Positions 13,051 to 28,140 of a stretch of DNA of 64,000 bases are shown piece by piece. The notes beneath the pieces were generated by a model. That model was not told the DNA's origin and ran no database searches. It saw only the letters and a list, made by a program, of their open reading frames with translations. The position numbers were made by a program, and so were the translations under genes. Source of the stretch: Stylophora pistillata (taxonomy: Eukaryota); contig NW_019218601.1 of the NCBI RefSeq assembly GCF_002571385.2, positions 5,987-69,986 of the forward strand. The letters are read 5' to 3'. The first letter of the stretch is position 1. Each line of letters starts with the position of its first letter.

Positions 13051-16000
13051 ATTGCTTAGTGAGTTAACTGGTTATTTAAGTAGTTAGCTAGGCCGCTAGA
13101 TAGCTGGTTAGCAAATTAGTTAATTAGTTAATCAGCTGGTTAGTTAGTTAGTAAATTAGTTAATTTCACTATAAGTTACAGTTTTTACTCTCATTATTAC
13201 AGATTACCTTATTAGTTAGTTTCTTTTACTCATATTTCAGAGATTTTCACGTTCTATAAATTTTATCAGTGTGATCTATAACACTACTGTANNNNNNNNN
13301 NNNNNNNNNNNNNNNNNNNNNNNNNNNNNNNNNNNNNNNNNNNNNNNNNNNNNNNNNNNNNNNNNNNNNNNNNNNNTAAGGGTCATCCTTTTGTGGTTAG
13401 CTGTATACATGTAAAGATGTCGAGATTTTTTTAACTAAGACACGACGACACGAACTTGACAAAAGGCTCAAAAATAGGTATGCTTCATCTTAAACATTTG
13501 AATTATCTTACAAGTTGCATAGCTATAGGGCATGTAAATTAGATTTTTTTCCAATCACTATGGACGTTTTCAATAGAAAAATAGCTTCTTCAATGTTACT
13601 TTCTGAAACCTATAACCTTATTTAACTTGGAAACGAAAAAGAAGGTCTTCTATATACCTATATCACGGGCCTACTCCAATCAGGAAGCAAGTCCGATATG
13701 CTATTAATCACCTCACACATAACGGGAAGCATTCGCTAAACGAAGAAATCAAACGAAACAAAACCGTTTGTAATTTACCAGCAGATATTCTAAGATTTCA
13801 TCACAACCAGACATTCGTGTTCTAGGGAATTAGTCTTGATTTGTTGGGGAAACTCTGGTTGACCGCCATGGCACAATTCTTACGGAGAACGAACGTATGT
13901 GGTTCAGTTGGATTGTTCTACGGGTTTTCGGTAGAACTGTTTTAAGAAATGGATGAAAACGTATACTTTCTTCACCTGAAGTGTAAAATGTGATGAGTTA
14001 GACCTGCGGGACAAAAAAAATTATGGTTTTAAACAGAAGACAATCTTTATGTTGGAAAGTTTCGATGGACTTCCTGATTCAGTTACTTAACGTATCATTT
14101 TGCGTTAGGATATTATTCTTTAAATAACTCTTTCGGTTCGGTTGTAAAGTTGAGAATGATAGATTTACAGATATATGAAATGAGCCCGAGGCAAATCACC
14201 AAACGAAAATGTACTGACCACACAAGATCTGTAAACCCAACAATACCATACCACGACAGGTACTTTTTCACCAAACTAAAAACAAAACGTAGAACTGAAG
14301 TACCATTAAATCTAAACCAAAATAGCGCTGTGTATTAATAACACGAACAACATAATGTGGCTCAAATTTTTTCTTTATTTTTTGTCAATATTGACAAGTT
14401 ATATCATGAATTGAAGTGATTATCGTCAAAACATATTTTGATATTCAACATGACCGGCATTATTTGCATGTCATAATACTAATACCGTGACGAAATTGAG
14501 CNNNNNNNNNNNNNNNNNNNNNNNNNNNNNNNNNNNNNNNNNNNNNNNNNNNNNNNNNAGAGAACCAAACGAAGATACATGTATTGTGGCAGTGCACAAA
14601 GATTACGTGCACTTTCTGAGATTTTCACCAAAGTTGACGCACACCTCGATCACGAAATGCCTCATGGTCAGGCATGTCGCACAACGTTTGCCATGTGAAA
14701 GGGGCAGATTTAAAAAAGACCTACTCGAAAACGTATTAGGAACCTTCATCAAAAGAATCCCAGATTAAGCAAGAAACAGCGGCAAGATTCATTTGGAAAA
14801 AAAGACATCGAGAAAGAATCCAACAACAAAAGCCGAAGACAAGGATTGACCTCTTTATTCTAGTGAGTTTTGTTTCATTAATAAGGTGCTATTATTATCA
14901 GCATGCGTGGGTAGTTTGTCCAGCTAATGCCAAGGATTGCAAATTAGAGAATAGAAACCTGCTCATGCATGATAAGATGACAGCGCGAACACGTATCATT
15001 ATTACAGTCACAGCGATGCATTTTTTTTTAGTTTCATTTCTGATTTTCTCCAGCAACTAAGAAATATCAACTCGAAAACGACTTCGACTTTGAGATACTG
15101 GCTCTCACAAATTGACTCGACCATTTTCAATTTTCACGGTGTGAGGCAGCTCAAGTTTGATAAAACCTCTTTCTCGCTAGTAATCAGCTGATATCCGTGA
15201 ACGATCACAGTCCCGATGGAGACGGAAAAACTCAGAAGACCACGCCAGTTGAAGAGGCGTTCTAATATTCGCTGGACATGGCTGGCGAGGACACCCGTCA
15301 GAATATTGTTAGTACAACACATCAGCCACTCAAAATGTCATACGGCAGGCATTGGTTTCATTCTTGGAAGGCCTGTGTCCTCTTCCATAATTCTTATCTT
15401 TGCATATTACTTCATATCAGATAATACAACTACTGCTGCAGAGCCAATTTCTAATAACCTGAGGGAAGCTATGATTCAAATGAGCATAGGGCAGAAGGAA
15501 CTATTGGAATGATCAGAAACTCGTCAACATCTTTCACTATAATCGGCTCCAGAAAATAAATTGGTCTTGATCTTGCGAGATTTGTTTCAGATAACAAACT
15601 AGGTGTACATTTATAGGAAAGTGTATTTGTAATTCTTCTTTGGTCCGATGTTTTTATGTAAACTGAACGGCGTTCGCGCTTGCGGCTTCTCTTTGGCAGT
15701 TTGTGAGAATGCCACGCGTAATGCATTATTGCTTTTATAATACGGCAAAAAGCCAATGTTCTCTGGGATTGAATTACCCAACTCTCATTTCAAAATAATT
15801 TAAAAACAGATCACTCTTCACCTAATATTAACAGAATTTTAATAACGTACTATGCGGACTCGTTACAATATCCTAATTAGACGATAAATGATAAAAATAC
15901 ACTGGGTATTCCAAAGAATTAATATCACAGCCAAATTAGATTTTAGCCAAAGATTTGACATCCCGGAACACCCTAACAAGATTGGTTATCCTTTTGAATT

Positions 16001-18136
16001 GAATAAAAAGTACCGATTGTTTTTCAATTACAGAACAGCTTAATCGAAGTCTAGCAAATAAACTCAGAAATTGTCCAAAGAGGTCGACTCAACGCTGTTC
16101 AAATATTCTATTTTCTAAGAAATATTTCAATGTTTTTGTGCATACCTTTACGTGCGATGAAAATCCAATTACAAGAGCGCTGCATTCATGAACCAATTTT
16201 ACGAATGACCGCATAACTGGGTNNNNNNNNNNNNNNNNNNNNNNNNNNNNNNNNNNNNNNNNNNNNNNNNNNNNNNNNNNNNNNNNNNNNNNNNNNNNNN
16301 NNNNNNNNNNNNNNNNNNNNNNNNNNNNNNNNNNNNNNNNNNNNNNNNNNNNNNNNNNNNNNNNNNNNNNNNNNNNNNNNNNNNNNNNNNNNNNNNNNNN
16401 NNNNNNNNNNNNNNNNNNNNNNNNNNNNNNNNNNNNNNNNNNNNNNNNNNNNNNNNNNNNNNNNNNNNNNNNNNNNNNNNNNNNNNNNNNNNNNNNNNNN
16501 NNNNNNNNNNNNNNNNNNNNNNNNNNNNNNNNNNNNNNNNNNNNNNNNNNNNNNNNNNNNNNNNNNNNNNNNNNNNNNNNNNNNNNNNNNNNNNNNNNNN
16601 NNNNNNNNNNNNNNNNNNNNNNNNNNNNNNNNNNNNNNNNNNNNNNNNNNNNNNNNNNNNNNNNNNNNNNNNNNNNNNNNNNNNNNNNNNNNNNNNNNNN
16701 NNNNNNNNNNNNNNNNNNNNNNNNNNNNNNNNNNNNNNNNNNNNNNNNNNTCTTATTTCAACACAGATATGGTTGAACACTTTCTTTCACTTTCTTTCCA
16801 AAGTTTCCTGTATGACATAATGCACTTCACGTCAAAAGGCGTATCTGAGGGGGAGGGCAAACAGGGCATGTGACTCCCCCCCTCTCAACCTGGTATGAAA
16901 AGGTATTAATAATCAGTTAAATATCCTGATTTTAATAAGGCACTTGTGTAAGACCTCAGCAATTAAAAATCATTTCCACGCCCCTCACATCCATTATTAA
17001 GCGTCTGAATTTTAAACCCCTAACTTAAGAAATCGCCAGGTGAAAAAAGGGACACTTTTTGACCTGTCTATAATTCACAGTCCAGTTCTACTATTACGCA
17101 GCTTACGGAAGTTTTCTAAATTAATGGAGTCAAATTGGTTTTTATTTAGCTTTACCACAACCAAAGGCAGCATTCCAAAAGGAAGCGAGAAAGAATTATG
17201 ATGCAGTTGTATACAGTGTCGGCACTGCTCTGGTGTTAGTCATTATATTAGCCTTTCTGAGGGGATTCTATCGATTAAAATTGGATAGAAAGAGGTCAGT
17301 AACATTTTCGTGTTTTTTTTTTAAGTTTAAGCTTGAGGCTTCTTACATCTCATGAGATATCAAACGCATTATAATGTGTCCAACAGCTCTTCAAAGCGAA
17401 AACTCCTTTGATTTTATCAATTCAGGTCCAGTGTCTTGTCATTCGACATGCCTCTTAGGAAGTGACTACTCTTCTTGTAAAATCTCCATCTCCTTGTTCG
17501 CATACAATGCTTGTAATATTATAAAGATTAATCATAACTATATCTTGTAGCTATATTGTTACCTGTGACTTATGAGCCTTTGTGTGGTCAGCGGTCTGAC
17601 ACTCATGGCGGCCATTTTGGTTTTGTGAATTAGGCTGGAGATTTACGTTGATTAAAACCTGACTTTCAGGTCAATCTACTCGTTTGCTTTTAACACAATG
17701 TCAAAATTTTAGTATGCACGCAACGGAAGGCACTCACGCAGTCAACGGGAGAGATCCCAGTCTGTTATGTGATTGATCACTTTCGCGGCTTTGAGAGATA
17801 TGACTGTTTTTATTATTTCATAGAACATTAAAAGCAAATTTGCACAACCTGCATATGGCATTAGCTAGTCTTGGCGGGTATTAGCAATAAATAAGTAAAT
17901 ACTACACATTGTAAGGTAAAGAGATTTCATAACTACAATATTACTGGGGTTATAAGCCATGCATTAGTTTACTACATTAGAAGCTAAAAGATACGTACAG
18001 TTGTCATATAAATTAAATACAATAAAATTACTAGTGAGTTAAAACGAGACATAATAATCAAATACAGGAAGAGCAGACTGGAAAGTAGAGAGGAGAGAAT
18101 AAAGTGTGACATATGGATGTGAGCGAAGTACTACAG

Positions 18137-18450
18137 TTATAATATTCGATAATCATTAGTATTGAATTTCAATATTAGTGAATGGGCGTTAACACAATAG
18201 TCCTCAATCCCAAGTATAGTCAAAAGCAACTTATGAATTTTCCTTTTAAATGCTCTTTTCGTGAACTTACGCAAGTCAGGGTTTAGAGAGTTCCATAACC
18301 TCGTACCAAATGCAGAGAAAGACTTAAATTTCACATAAAAATTCTCTGCGGAAGAGAAACGCGTGTTATATGTATGGAAGTCAGATGAATTAACAAAAAG
18401 TTCACGAATATTCCTAGGTGTAGAGCTAGTAGAAACGTCATGCATTATGG
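18137..18450 (-). mobile_element. CR1/L2-type LINE 3' fragment
   Basis: ORF contains HTYNTR...SFSAFGTRLWNSL...FKRKI, the ORF2 C-terminal motif set. Confidence 0.75.
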
Positions 18451-19746
18451 CAGAAAGTAAGGAGCGAGGAGGAACGAGAATAAATTCAACTGATCGTGTA
18501 AAAGTGAAAGTTTGGCTTAAGAACCTTATAACTGATGCGAGCAGCCAGATTCTATCCTTGTAAACTCCTCATGTACTCTGTTAAGCTCTTTAACACCGAC
18601 AACACTCCGAAAAAAATGACGAGTCCCTGAATGCGGACGTGCACTTGAAACCAAACATTTTTTTTTAGGATTCATGAAGAGAAGAAGAAGCGTATTTCAT
18701 TTCCCATGAGTAATCCACGGTTCCAGGAGCCAAACTCACCAGTTGAAAAGATTAAAACTCCAGGACCCGCAAAGTGAGTATCACCTGTCACAAGGTACAA
18801 GTAGCGAAGAAAGAAATGCACGCCACTTGTTGAATCACTCGCATGGTCGTTCTACCAAACCATGATAATAAACACCACCAGTGAAATAAGTTTTATACTA
18901 GCTCACTTCATTCACAAAGGGATTAGAACTGGCTGCTTCGTTTGATAGCTTTTTGTCTCTTGCAAACGATCCAGATATTATTTGACATACTATTATTTGA
19001 TATACTACGACAAAACGAGCATAGATTCAGATATTATGAAAGACCTTATTGACTACTTTTTCTTCTATGGAAAATGCAGATGATGTGTAGTTTCCAATCA
19101 GAGATCTTTGCGCTCTGCATCACTAAACATGTCCCGACCTATCTGGACAAAATATCTAGTCTGCTAAATACCTTATTCTAAACACTTATGCATGCTCTGT
19201 TCTCTTTTATTCAAGGAAAATGGTTGCTGTCAATCTCGACAAGGGCTCAGGTATGTAACAAAGACACTATTCTCATTGCTGCATGGTATGCAGCCAACTA
19301 GTCGCTCATCGACGAGAATGCTTATTACTTTTAATACAATCAGTTAAGTTGTAGTAGCAAAAACACCATAGATCAGATATACTAGGGGTGAAGCGTTATA
19401 ACTGGTTGGCTTCCACTGGACGAGATTCCGCGTGCTTCACTCCGCAGAAATAGCCGTTGCTCATAATCTCGTCATAGCGCAGCGGAGAAACAAAAGCTTC
19501 GCAAGCTTTTGTTTGTGCCAATGTTTGTCACTATAACTGCGTGTTTCACGGCCTACCCCAGCTGTGTTCGAAAAATTCCAAAGGGAATAAATGCTTACAA
19601 TATGGTCTGATCTTTTTTCTCTTTTTATTTCAGAGTTCAGTCACCGGGACGAAGACGAAGGTTCATCCCCAGACTCCGCACTAGGTACGTGTCCGTCGAG
19701 CAACTCCGAGCCTACACCAAGAGAAAACATCAAGCCAACGTACTTT

Positions 19747-21750
19747 ACCTTTGAGTTTTAGGGAGAATCGCGGAATCTTTCCCCGAGGTAACCCCTCACA
19801 CACTTCTTTGCTTCTTTCTTGTGCCTGTTAATTTGTCGCTCCATCTTGTTGTGGTCTTTCAGGGCATGCTCGTCTGGAACTTCTTAGAAAGCAATATCTG
19901 TCTGTCTTTCACACTGCAGGATCCCCGAAGGTCAGTGTCCTGCAAAATCTTCTTCCCTTCTCCTAACCACTTTCTTAATCTTTCGTTTCTGTCTCCTTTT
20001 CTCTCTGTCTCTTTTTTTGGTTCGCTCCTCAAGTCTCAACTCCTCTTTCAAGTCTTCTCTCCTTGTTCATCTTCTGCTCTCTTTTCCTTCGATTTTTGTT
20101 CTTGGCTCTTTTAATTTGCTCTCTCTTTTCTTTTGACTTCCAAAGCTCTATTACATCTTATCTCTTCCCGATTGTCCTCTTCTCTTCTCTGTTAAACTTT
20201 CTTTAGTCAACTGTGTTAGCGACATAATTCCTTTCCCTTCGTTTTACCACTATTTTCCTTCCACGACAAGGCGTGCTGGTGCGCATGAACCTTCATTTAA
20301 GCTACATCTTTTCAAACTACTGAAACCTCATATCAGCTATTAATGTGTTAACAATCGAAATTGTTAACGTAAGAACCCAAAAACTGGCTTCAGTCCGTTA
20401 CTTACTGATATTAGTCAGGTTAGATCTCCACATGCAATCTTAACAACATCTGTTGCTACTCCGTCACAAAAAATCTTACAATGGTTATTCAGAAAGGTTT
20501 CAACAATCCAGCCTTTAAGTCTTTCACTTAGCCCGTTCCTTTGCCCCTCACCAATCTTGCTTCATCTCTATCGAATCTTGTTTTCTGCTTCTTCCGGCAG
20601 ACACCTTCTAAAGGACTGTGTAGGATGCAAGGTCGACCCGTTTAGATAGGTCAGTCCTTCAAATTCTACATTTTATTTCTCGTTTTATTCTTTCGGTCCC
20701 ATAGCAAGATCAACCCCTTGCACTTGCCACAATCCATCATGGTGCTTTAAGTATTACTCACGCTTCCTCCCGGTTCTGGAATCTTTGGGATATTTAATTC
20801 CTCTCTGTACACTGCAGCTGAATTTTGCGTTGTAACTTCAAAAAAACAAACCATAAGTCCGCCTTTCATCCAACCCATTGTTCCATTTGCCAACATGCGG
20901 ATTCACTTTAACCAATGCCGACCATACACGTCGACTTCTAACACATCTGTAGCATACCCTAAGTACTCACATAAACTACACAAAACCACTCCCCTCAAGA
21001 AAGAAATGACGTAAATTTAATAAAAAGGTCGCTATCTGTACATGCAGAAAAACTTGATAATTCCCTTCAGTTAAGCTCCGGGTAAATAGTTGGGTGTATC
21101 TAGTTGATCTCAAACTAAGCTGAAACTTTCTCAAACATGATTTAAAGATTGGTTAGTATTCTTCAATAAAACACATTACATTTGTATCTTGGTTATAAAT
21201 CAACAGCTAAAACATTTGCTGTCACCCTTCAATTGAGACCAACATCACATTCTCTTAAGTATTTACCATACAGTCTTCCAACGAGTATGACTGATAAAAC
21301 TAATATCTAGTTATAATTTAAATTCAACAACTATTTTTTTCCCAAAATTTAAAATAGTGAGATGTTTAAAAGGTATCTTTTGCTTATCAAAATCATTTTG
21401 TAAGCTGCTTACAGAGATAAGACAGGAAGTATAACATAAACTACCAGTATTCATAGAAATAAATGTCACTGTGAAAACGCTTTTTTGATAGACGATTCCT
21501 TCGTGCACTTACTGAGGGGTTGTCACTAGATGGCATGCCTCGTAGGTAGGTAAATATCTCGCTTTCCCTAACCCTTTATAATGACTAACCCTAATAGAAA
21601 TGACTACTCAAGTGCGAATACAAAATTGTTACAAGTCAAGTGAAGAATTAAAAACTGAATTTGAACTGATAAAACCTACCTACGAGATATCCCAAATTTA
21701 TAGTGAGGCCCTAACATCTGTAATGACCCAAAACCTTGGAACATACCTAA
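19747..21750 (-). pseudogene. Possible decayed multi-exon gene encoding a Lys/Glu/Arg-rich protein
   Basis: Several exon-like segments have ag/gt boundaries (e.g. MFQGFGSLQMLGPHYKFGISR, ESEIFTYLRGMPSSDNPS, PLEGVCRKKQKTRFDRDEARL). A purine-rich 19750-20300 block reads as K/E/R-rich but has stops in all frames. No family recognised. Confidence 0.3.
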
Positions 21751-23560
21751 ATTGATTTGATTGACTTGAACAATTTTCAATTGAGCGTCGAAAGTGATAC
21801 GCGATTGCTTTGCTTTTGCTTTACGTCGCTCTTTGATTGGTCTAGAAAAATCAACCCACTCTTTCAACCAATCAGATGCAAAACTAAAACCAATCACCCG
21901 TGTTTTCCCGCGCTACGGGCAGAAGGGTTTGTTTTAACTTAAGTTGTAATTGGCTTTTTAAGATATTTCCTTTCTTCTGATTGACCATTTTCAATAATTT
22001 ACAACACTCAATCGAGAAGAGCTTTTAAAGTACAATTAAGCAAGTTACTGAGCTTAAAACATTGGTTAAGAACGTACTGTAATATAAAGATCTTAAAATC
22101 AAACTCCACATTGAAAACTTCTCTCGGGGAGAGAAATTATCAAAATTATCAAATCATGTCACTATGATTAAAAGATAAAATCACGAAATTCAAGTGCAAC
22201 TGAGTAAAATTAAGGAGAAACTAACTCCCCAAAGTACACAGCCTTACTAATAAACGTGGTTTGCGTTTTGCAGATGAAAGTACGCGGCCATTACAGAGTA
22301 GAAGACGTCCAACATTACAGGAAGTGAGATTAAAAAAATACTTTAACTCCGTGGAGTCCTCATCGTGTGCATCGTGTGACCACGTGAAAATTTACTGCGT
22401 GCAGGAGACAGTCACGTGATCGCACAATAGCCTGTCACCATACAGACCCTTACCGGACAAGATCAAACTAGATTACCATCACAAGTCAAGTTTACAACAC
22501 AAGACAGTTCTAAGATAGGGTCTATTTCTGTTTTTTAAGACGAGGCTTTATGTAAAATCTCAAATATGAGCTTTACTTTTATCGAAAGAAATTTCGGGAT
22601 AAATCTGTAATGGCGACGCTGGTTTTTCAGCAAGCTTCGGTTTAAAACGAAGGCAAAACTTAGCTCGTAATGGCATTGTCAAAATGAGTCTTTTGTCGTC
22701 CGCTTTAAGAGCGTCATGGTTTAGAGAAATTTTCGGCGATTCGAAGGAATTAACACGTTATTCCACACAACCTGGCGACTCCAAACCAAAGAAATGAATT
22801 ATTAGAGTATTCAAATTCGCTTTAAAAACAAACTCAAGAGTTAACATAAATTATAAGATTATGAGCACGTAATAAGCACACAACGTCATTTTAAAAACGT
22901 AAAATTATTGTTATTGGAGCGAGTTTAGTTCGTATCAATATTAATCCGAAATTGTGGCTTCTTAACCAATCAAAAAGCAACGCTGAAACTGAGCGCGACT
23001 TGGTTGGGCGTTTCCCGCGCCTTTACTGGTCACGTGAATTTAAGCGATTCCCATTAGTCTTATGTGTTGCCTCAACACGAGGTTTTGTCTTAGTGTTAGT
23101 GAAACGTCTTTCAAAAGCGGTCTGCTGCAAAGAAGCGAAACTAAAAATGTGGATTGAACGCTAAAATGCTGATATTTATCTTTCCAGTTGAAATGTTAAT
23201 AAGACGTTATCTTGTTAAGAGTAAAATTATTACTTTGGGAGAGTTATCCTAGCTATAAAGTATAAATACATATATATATTATATAAAAATGATAATCTTG
23301 TATACGGATCATTTTAAGATTTTCTCTTCATTAATGAGGACCAAGTGGCGACGTTTTCATTGCCTTTTAATACTCCACTGACTGGTTTGAAATTCTTAAG
23401 TTAATCTAAGGTTAATCCAAAACAATAATTTTCGATTTTGTCCAATTATTTTCTTTACAATCAACTTACGGTTTTTTCAAATTTATAGAAAATGTTTCTC
23501 CTCGGGAACGCATGAATACGAGTACGACGGTTGACAAACAAAGCAAAGTGTACCCCGGGT

Positions 23561-23780
23561 AATAGTCCATTTTACAGTTGTGTGCGTGGTTGCCAAACCT
23601 TTGAATGGGAGTAAGGCTAGGGTTGACCTTGTTATGATACAAACCTTGCTGCCTTACAAATGTAAATCACTTTTTTATCTTGCTAAGTAGATACAGGTCT
23701 CTATCACAACAAGGTCACCTTCAGCCTCACTCTGAATCAAAGGCTTGGCAACTAAGTAAACAACTGTAAAATGGCCTATT
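23561..23780. mobile_element. Palindromic MITE (~220 bp)
   Basis: Inverted termini aatagtccattttacagttgtgtg...gttgccaaacctttga and tcaaaggcttggcaac...caactgtaaaatggcctatt, with an internal inverted gaccttgttatgata / tatcacaacaaggtc. Confidence 0.75.
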
Positions 23781-24699
23781 CTAAAACTACAGAATTCCGA
23801 TTGGCAACACTCCCTTTTAAGTGTTATATTTTTCTTGTAAGTCTAGTACGAGCGATTGGTTTTACATCGAGGAAATAACTTTGAGGCATAAGTATGTTTC
23901 TTTTCCATTCTTGTTTTCCCGGTTAATTTAAAACTGTAAGTAGGAGGCTTGATTTTAACTATTTCTAAGAATTTATGGGTTCATACAAGGACTACTGTTG
24001 GACTATAATAATGTGTTCAGAGTAGCAAAGTGATCGCGCTCAATAGATTGTTAATAAGTAAATTATTGGTTTGAAATACGTTGGAAGCAAAAAACAAAAA
24101 AACAAAAAAAACACAACTGTTGTAGAAGCTAGGTAGTCGTATAAGTACAAAATACCATGAAGCAAAGTTTCCTACTAGGTGCTAAACATCTATATCTGAG
24201 CAATAAAAAACTCTGTGGTTTAGCACAATTTAAAATGTGCCAGTTCCACTGTGTCGGTGTGCTATTGGCTTAACCTCTTACCTGGGCTTGCCTCATTCCC
24301 ATTGTATACAACGACCTGCGTTAACTAACGAGTGTTACAACTGTGCCAATGGTAGCCCTCACAACTGTGCTATTCACAGAGCGACATTAGTTCATTTGTA
24401 ATGAAGTTTTGGATCTCTATAGCTTAAGCTACAGAGCGTTATAAGTTATCATACTTTGCGCATGTTACCAATTCTGTAATAGTGGCAAGCAATTTAACTT
24501 AAGGCAGATTTAATCTATCTGAGACAATTGAAGAGTAATTTAAGAAAATAATAAATAAGTTTAACCAGCTGAGTTAGGAAAGATATAAAAACCGCATAGT
24601 TGGTTTGCTTTCTCTTCGATGGTTTCGCTTTCGATTTTTGTTTGTCTTTTTCATAGTAAAAATAAAAGGTTTCAACAAAATTCAAAAATGACAGGTATC

Positions 24700-27600
24700 T
24701 TAAAATTTCAAAATAGAACGAAGTAAGAGAAAATGTTTGTGTCCCAACATTTTTAACATCTTCGCCTGTACCCACTCGATGCTGTCCAAGCTACTAGCCG
24801 TGTCATACCAAAGAGGCTGGTCATCTGACACACATTCAAGTTTTTCCAATAATTTTTTCCCATTTAAGTGTACCATATCAAAGCTTTCTGGCCAATCTTC
24901 CCTGTCATGCAGCCTGGTAGTCAGTAAGTTAATTGTGCTTGGATTATTGGCACTAAGCACAATCTGCGTTCTGATCTATCAAAACTACAGGTTTTCGCAC
25001 AGGTTGTCGAAACGTCAATCACCACCACTCACAACTGTCCTTCTCAGGACTACACTCACCCAGTAGATCGCACTACACTTTCACACATGTTACCCCCCGG
25101 GTTCAAACCAATTACTGTAAAACTACATGAGTAAGCCCTACATAACCCCAAGGATGTTTCCCATTTTGGGGATGGTTTATTCCAGGCAACACAATTCATG
25201 ACCGTTAGTGTTAAAATAGTGACATGAACGACAAAACTGTAAAAATAAACGGAAAGAAACGAAAGCAGCTTTATTATTTACACAGAGAAAAACCTTGAAA
25301 TCGTTACAATAAATAACTTGGAAAAACATCAAATTATTTTGTCTGGTGCAATGCACCAAAAGGAACGTCGTTGGGTAAATTTTTCATCTTTTTGCAAGTA
25401 AGAACTTTTACAAAACTTATGAAAGCGTACAAAATATTTCTTACACTTAGTATGAACATTAAAGATATATCCAAGACTAACAAAACCGTGAGAGTTCGGG
25501 ATATCAACGTTCTATTTTCGTAAAATAATCTGAAAGTAAAACAAAGGACAAATACTATTGTCAAAGAACTGAAGAGATAAATTACATTCTGGTAAAAAAT
25601 GTTTCGAGAAAAACTAGAGACACTAAGGCAGTTTTCGCCTCGGCTTATAGCTGGTGCATATAGAGGGCAACTTTCTATAGAAACTGTGGTGCTCCTGCTA
25701 CGGTGGGGGGAGGTGGGGCGTAGGGGGTATATAGATGATTTGATTTATCAACTGAGTTTATAATGTAAATTGGCCACCGTAGAGAGTTTCAAAAGCTCAC
25801 ATTTCGAGCGTTAGCCCTTTGTCATTCTCTCTGACGAAGGGCTAGGTTGATAAAAACCAAAATATATTAAAATAAATTATTCATTGTTTTTGGTTAAAAT
25901 CATAAAGCAACTGGAGCAATTAGTGATTTGAATCAAAATCTAAAACCTTCACTCGTGTTTTCTCACGGTTAAGACATTTTCTTGCTTGTACCAAGAGTCC
26001 CCCTTGGCTCCTAGCTTCCTTCGATCTGTTTAGTAGCTGTGATTAATTTGGTTTCAGTCTGGTGACATGCAATTTAAAAGCGCTCTATCCTCTCTCTATT
26101 GTCTCATAAATATACCTGATAAATAAGAATCATCTTGTTTACGACAGAACTTGAACCTCTACAGTACCCGCACTGTAACCTTTCTGCTCAAAGAGAAACA
26201 ACAGGATTCAGATTTTCAAAATTCAGAATAAGTTTACTTACAAAACTAACAAAAGGAATATCACAAAACGATAACGACACTTACCACCAGAACTCGGATT
26301 TTTTTGTTTCTTCTCACGAGTTTGGCGATTCGAGTCTTCTCCTAAAAAAATGAGTACAGCTTAACGGCCACATCATCATTGAGTCAGGAAACGAAATAGC
26401 CGAAAACAGCCGATTTGGGCCAGACCGATAGCGCCGAATGTAGCCGCTACAGCCGAGTACATCCTCGTCCAGCCGAATACATTCTAAAATAACCGATCTA
26501 ACCTATCTATGGTGTGGCGATGAAAGTCGGCTCTATTACGGACGAACTATGGGAAAACTAGGAGCGTCATTTTCTGACAAAAAAGCATTTTAAGATTTCC
26601 AGTAATTTAACGCTGTTTATGGATGCTACATATCTAGCTACAGTTACAAGAACATATATAACACAAAAATTTCTCGTACCTTTTTGTTGGCAGAATTCGA
26701 GTACACAATGCAGCACTCAAAAGCCTGCAGTGGAAATTACAAAAACCGAAAACGGTTCCTTAGTAAATTGATTCTAAGTATTTTTACTAGACTAACAACG
26801 TGAAATTTGATCCTCAGAGCGCCAGAAGCAGGATTTTCGCGCGCAGTTTCCAATTTCAGAGATTGTATACTCAATCTTGTCAACACAGTCCCTTCATGCT
26901 TATTCAAACAACACAAATACACAGCCATATCCATGACTAACCTGGGCAGGAGGAGAAGTGTAAAACTTGTCATCAAGCACCCTCAGGTCTCTTTGATTCA
27001 CTTCCCACACATCACCAATGTCCAGTAGTCGGATGCAAATCTAAAGATAACATTTAAATAGTCAATTTGTTAGAAGCCCCAGGAAGAAAATTATATATTT
27101 TTTTCAGTTTGTAACCATTCAAATGATCCGTTACAAACCAAGACTCGCACAGGAAAACCAATTTACCTTTCCCTTGTCCAGGGTTTTCTCTACAAGAGCA
27201 CGGTACCAATACTCATCTCGCCCCTTCACGGCACACTGCTTGTATATAAAAATCTCACTCGGATCAAGGGTTTTATTGCTGGCTTCTATGTGGGTCCTGT
27301 CATAAAATAACTGCTTGATTAACAACACACTTTCACTGCTAAACAAACTCGATCGAGAGGAGAGGAAGCTAGGAGACCGATTCCTCCATATAAGCCAAAG
27401 GGAATCCCCAAAAGGAATCCCCAAAAGGAATCCCCAAAAGGAATCCCCAAAAGGAATCTTCTACTTTCAGACTCTATGTGTCTCCAGTCAAAAATACTGC
27501 ACGCATTTCGTGTGGCGCTCCGTCATTCCTTTGGACCACTGTTTGACATTGCATGGGCGTCTGAGGGGGGCTTAGGAAAAACGAAAGACGCTACTCCTTG

Positions 27601-28107
27601 AGATACGGAACAAAACCCAGAATTGCATGGACGCGTTTGAAAAACCCTTCATTTGGCTTATGGCCGCCAAGCACACAAAATACTTACCCCATGCGTACCA
27701 TGGCATCCACGAAGGCATCTTCCTCCTTCCTGGCTCGAGTAATTTTGGCCCAAAAAGTGCCACTGTTTGTCAAGTTCTCTTGAACTATAATAGAATGTTC
27801 TTTCCCTACAACAATGAGAAAACATGTAGACATGTATTTAAGAAACCATCATCAAAGGTCAGCGCTACTTCCAACGCAAGAGTCTTGCTTATACACTTTA
27901 AACCTCGCCGTCTTGTCCACGAGAGTGTGCCTTAAGATTAGGATTTTCATAGAACTCATCCACCACCATTCGAGTTTTGGATTTCAAACCATTGGCAGGC
28001 AAAGCGCGAGGAATTCAGATGACACACCATAAAACCAAAGGAAAGAAAAGGGAGAAAAGCTAGGGCACATATCGCAAAATATCGCTCCTTCGACACGATA
28101 GCGTCAA

Positions 28108-28140
<33 letters not shown>

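Noticed and set aside
14487-16780. ORFs spanning N runs and short ORFs at 15134-15756
   Set aside because: Gap artefacts or no recognisable motifs, and no consistent gene model could be built.
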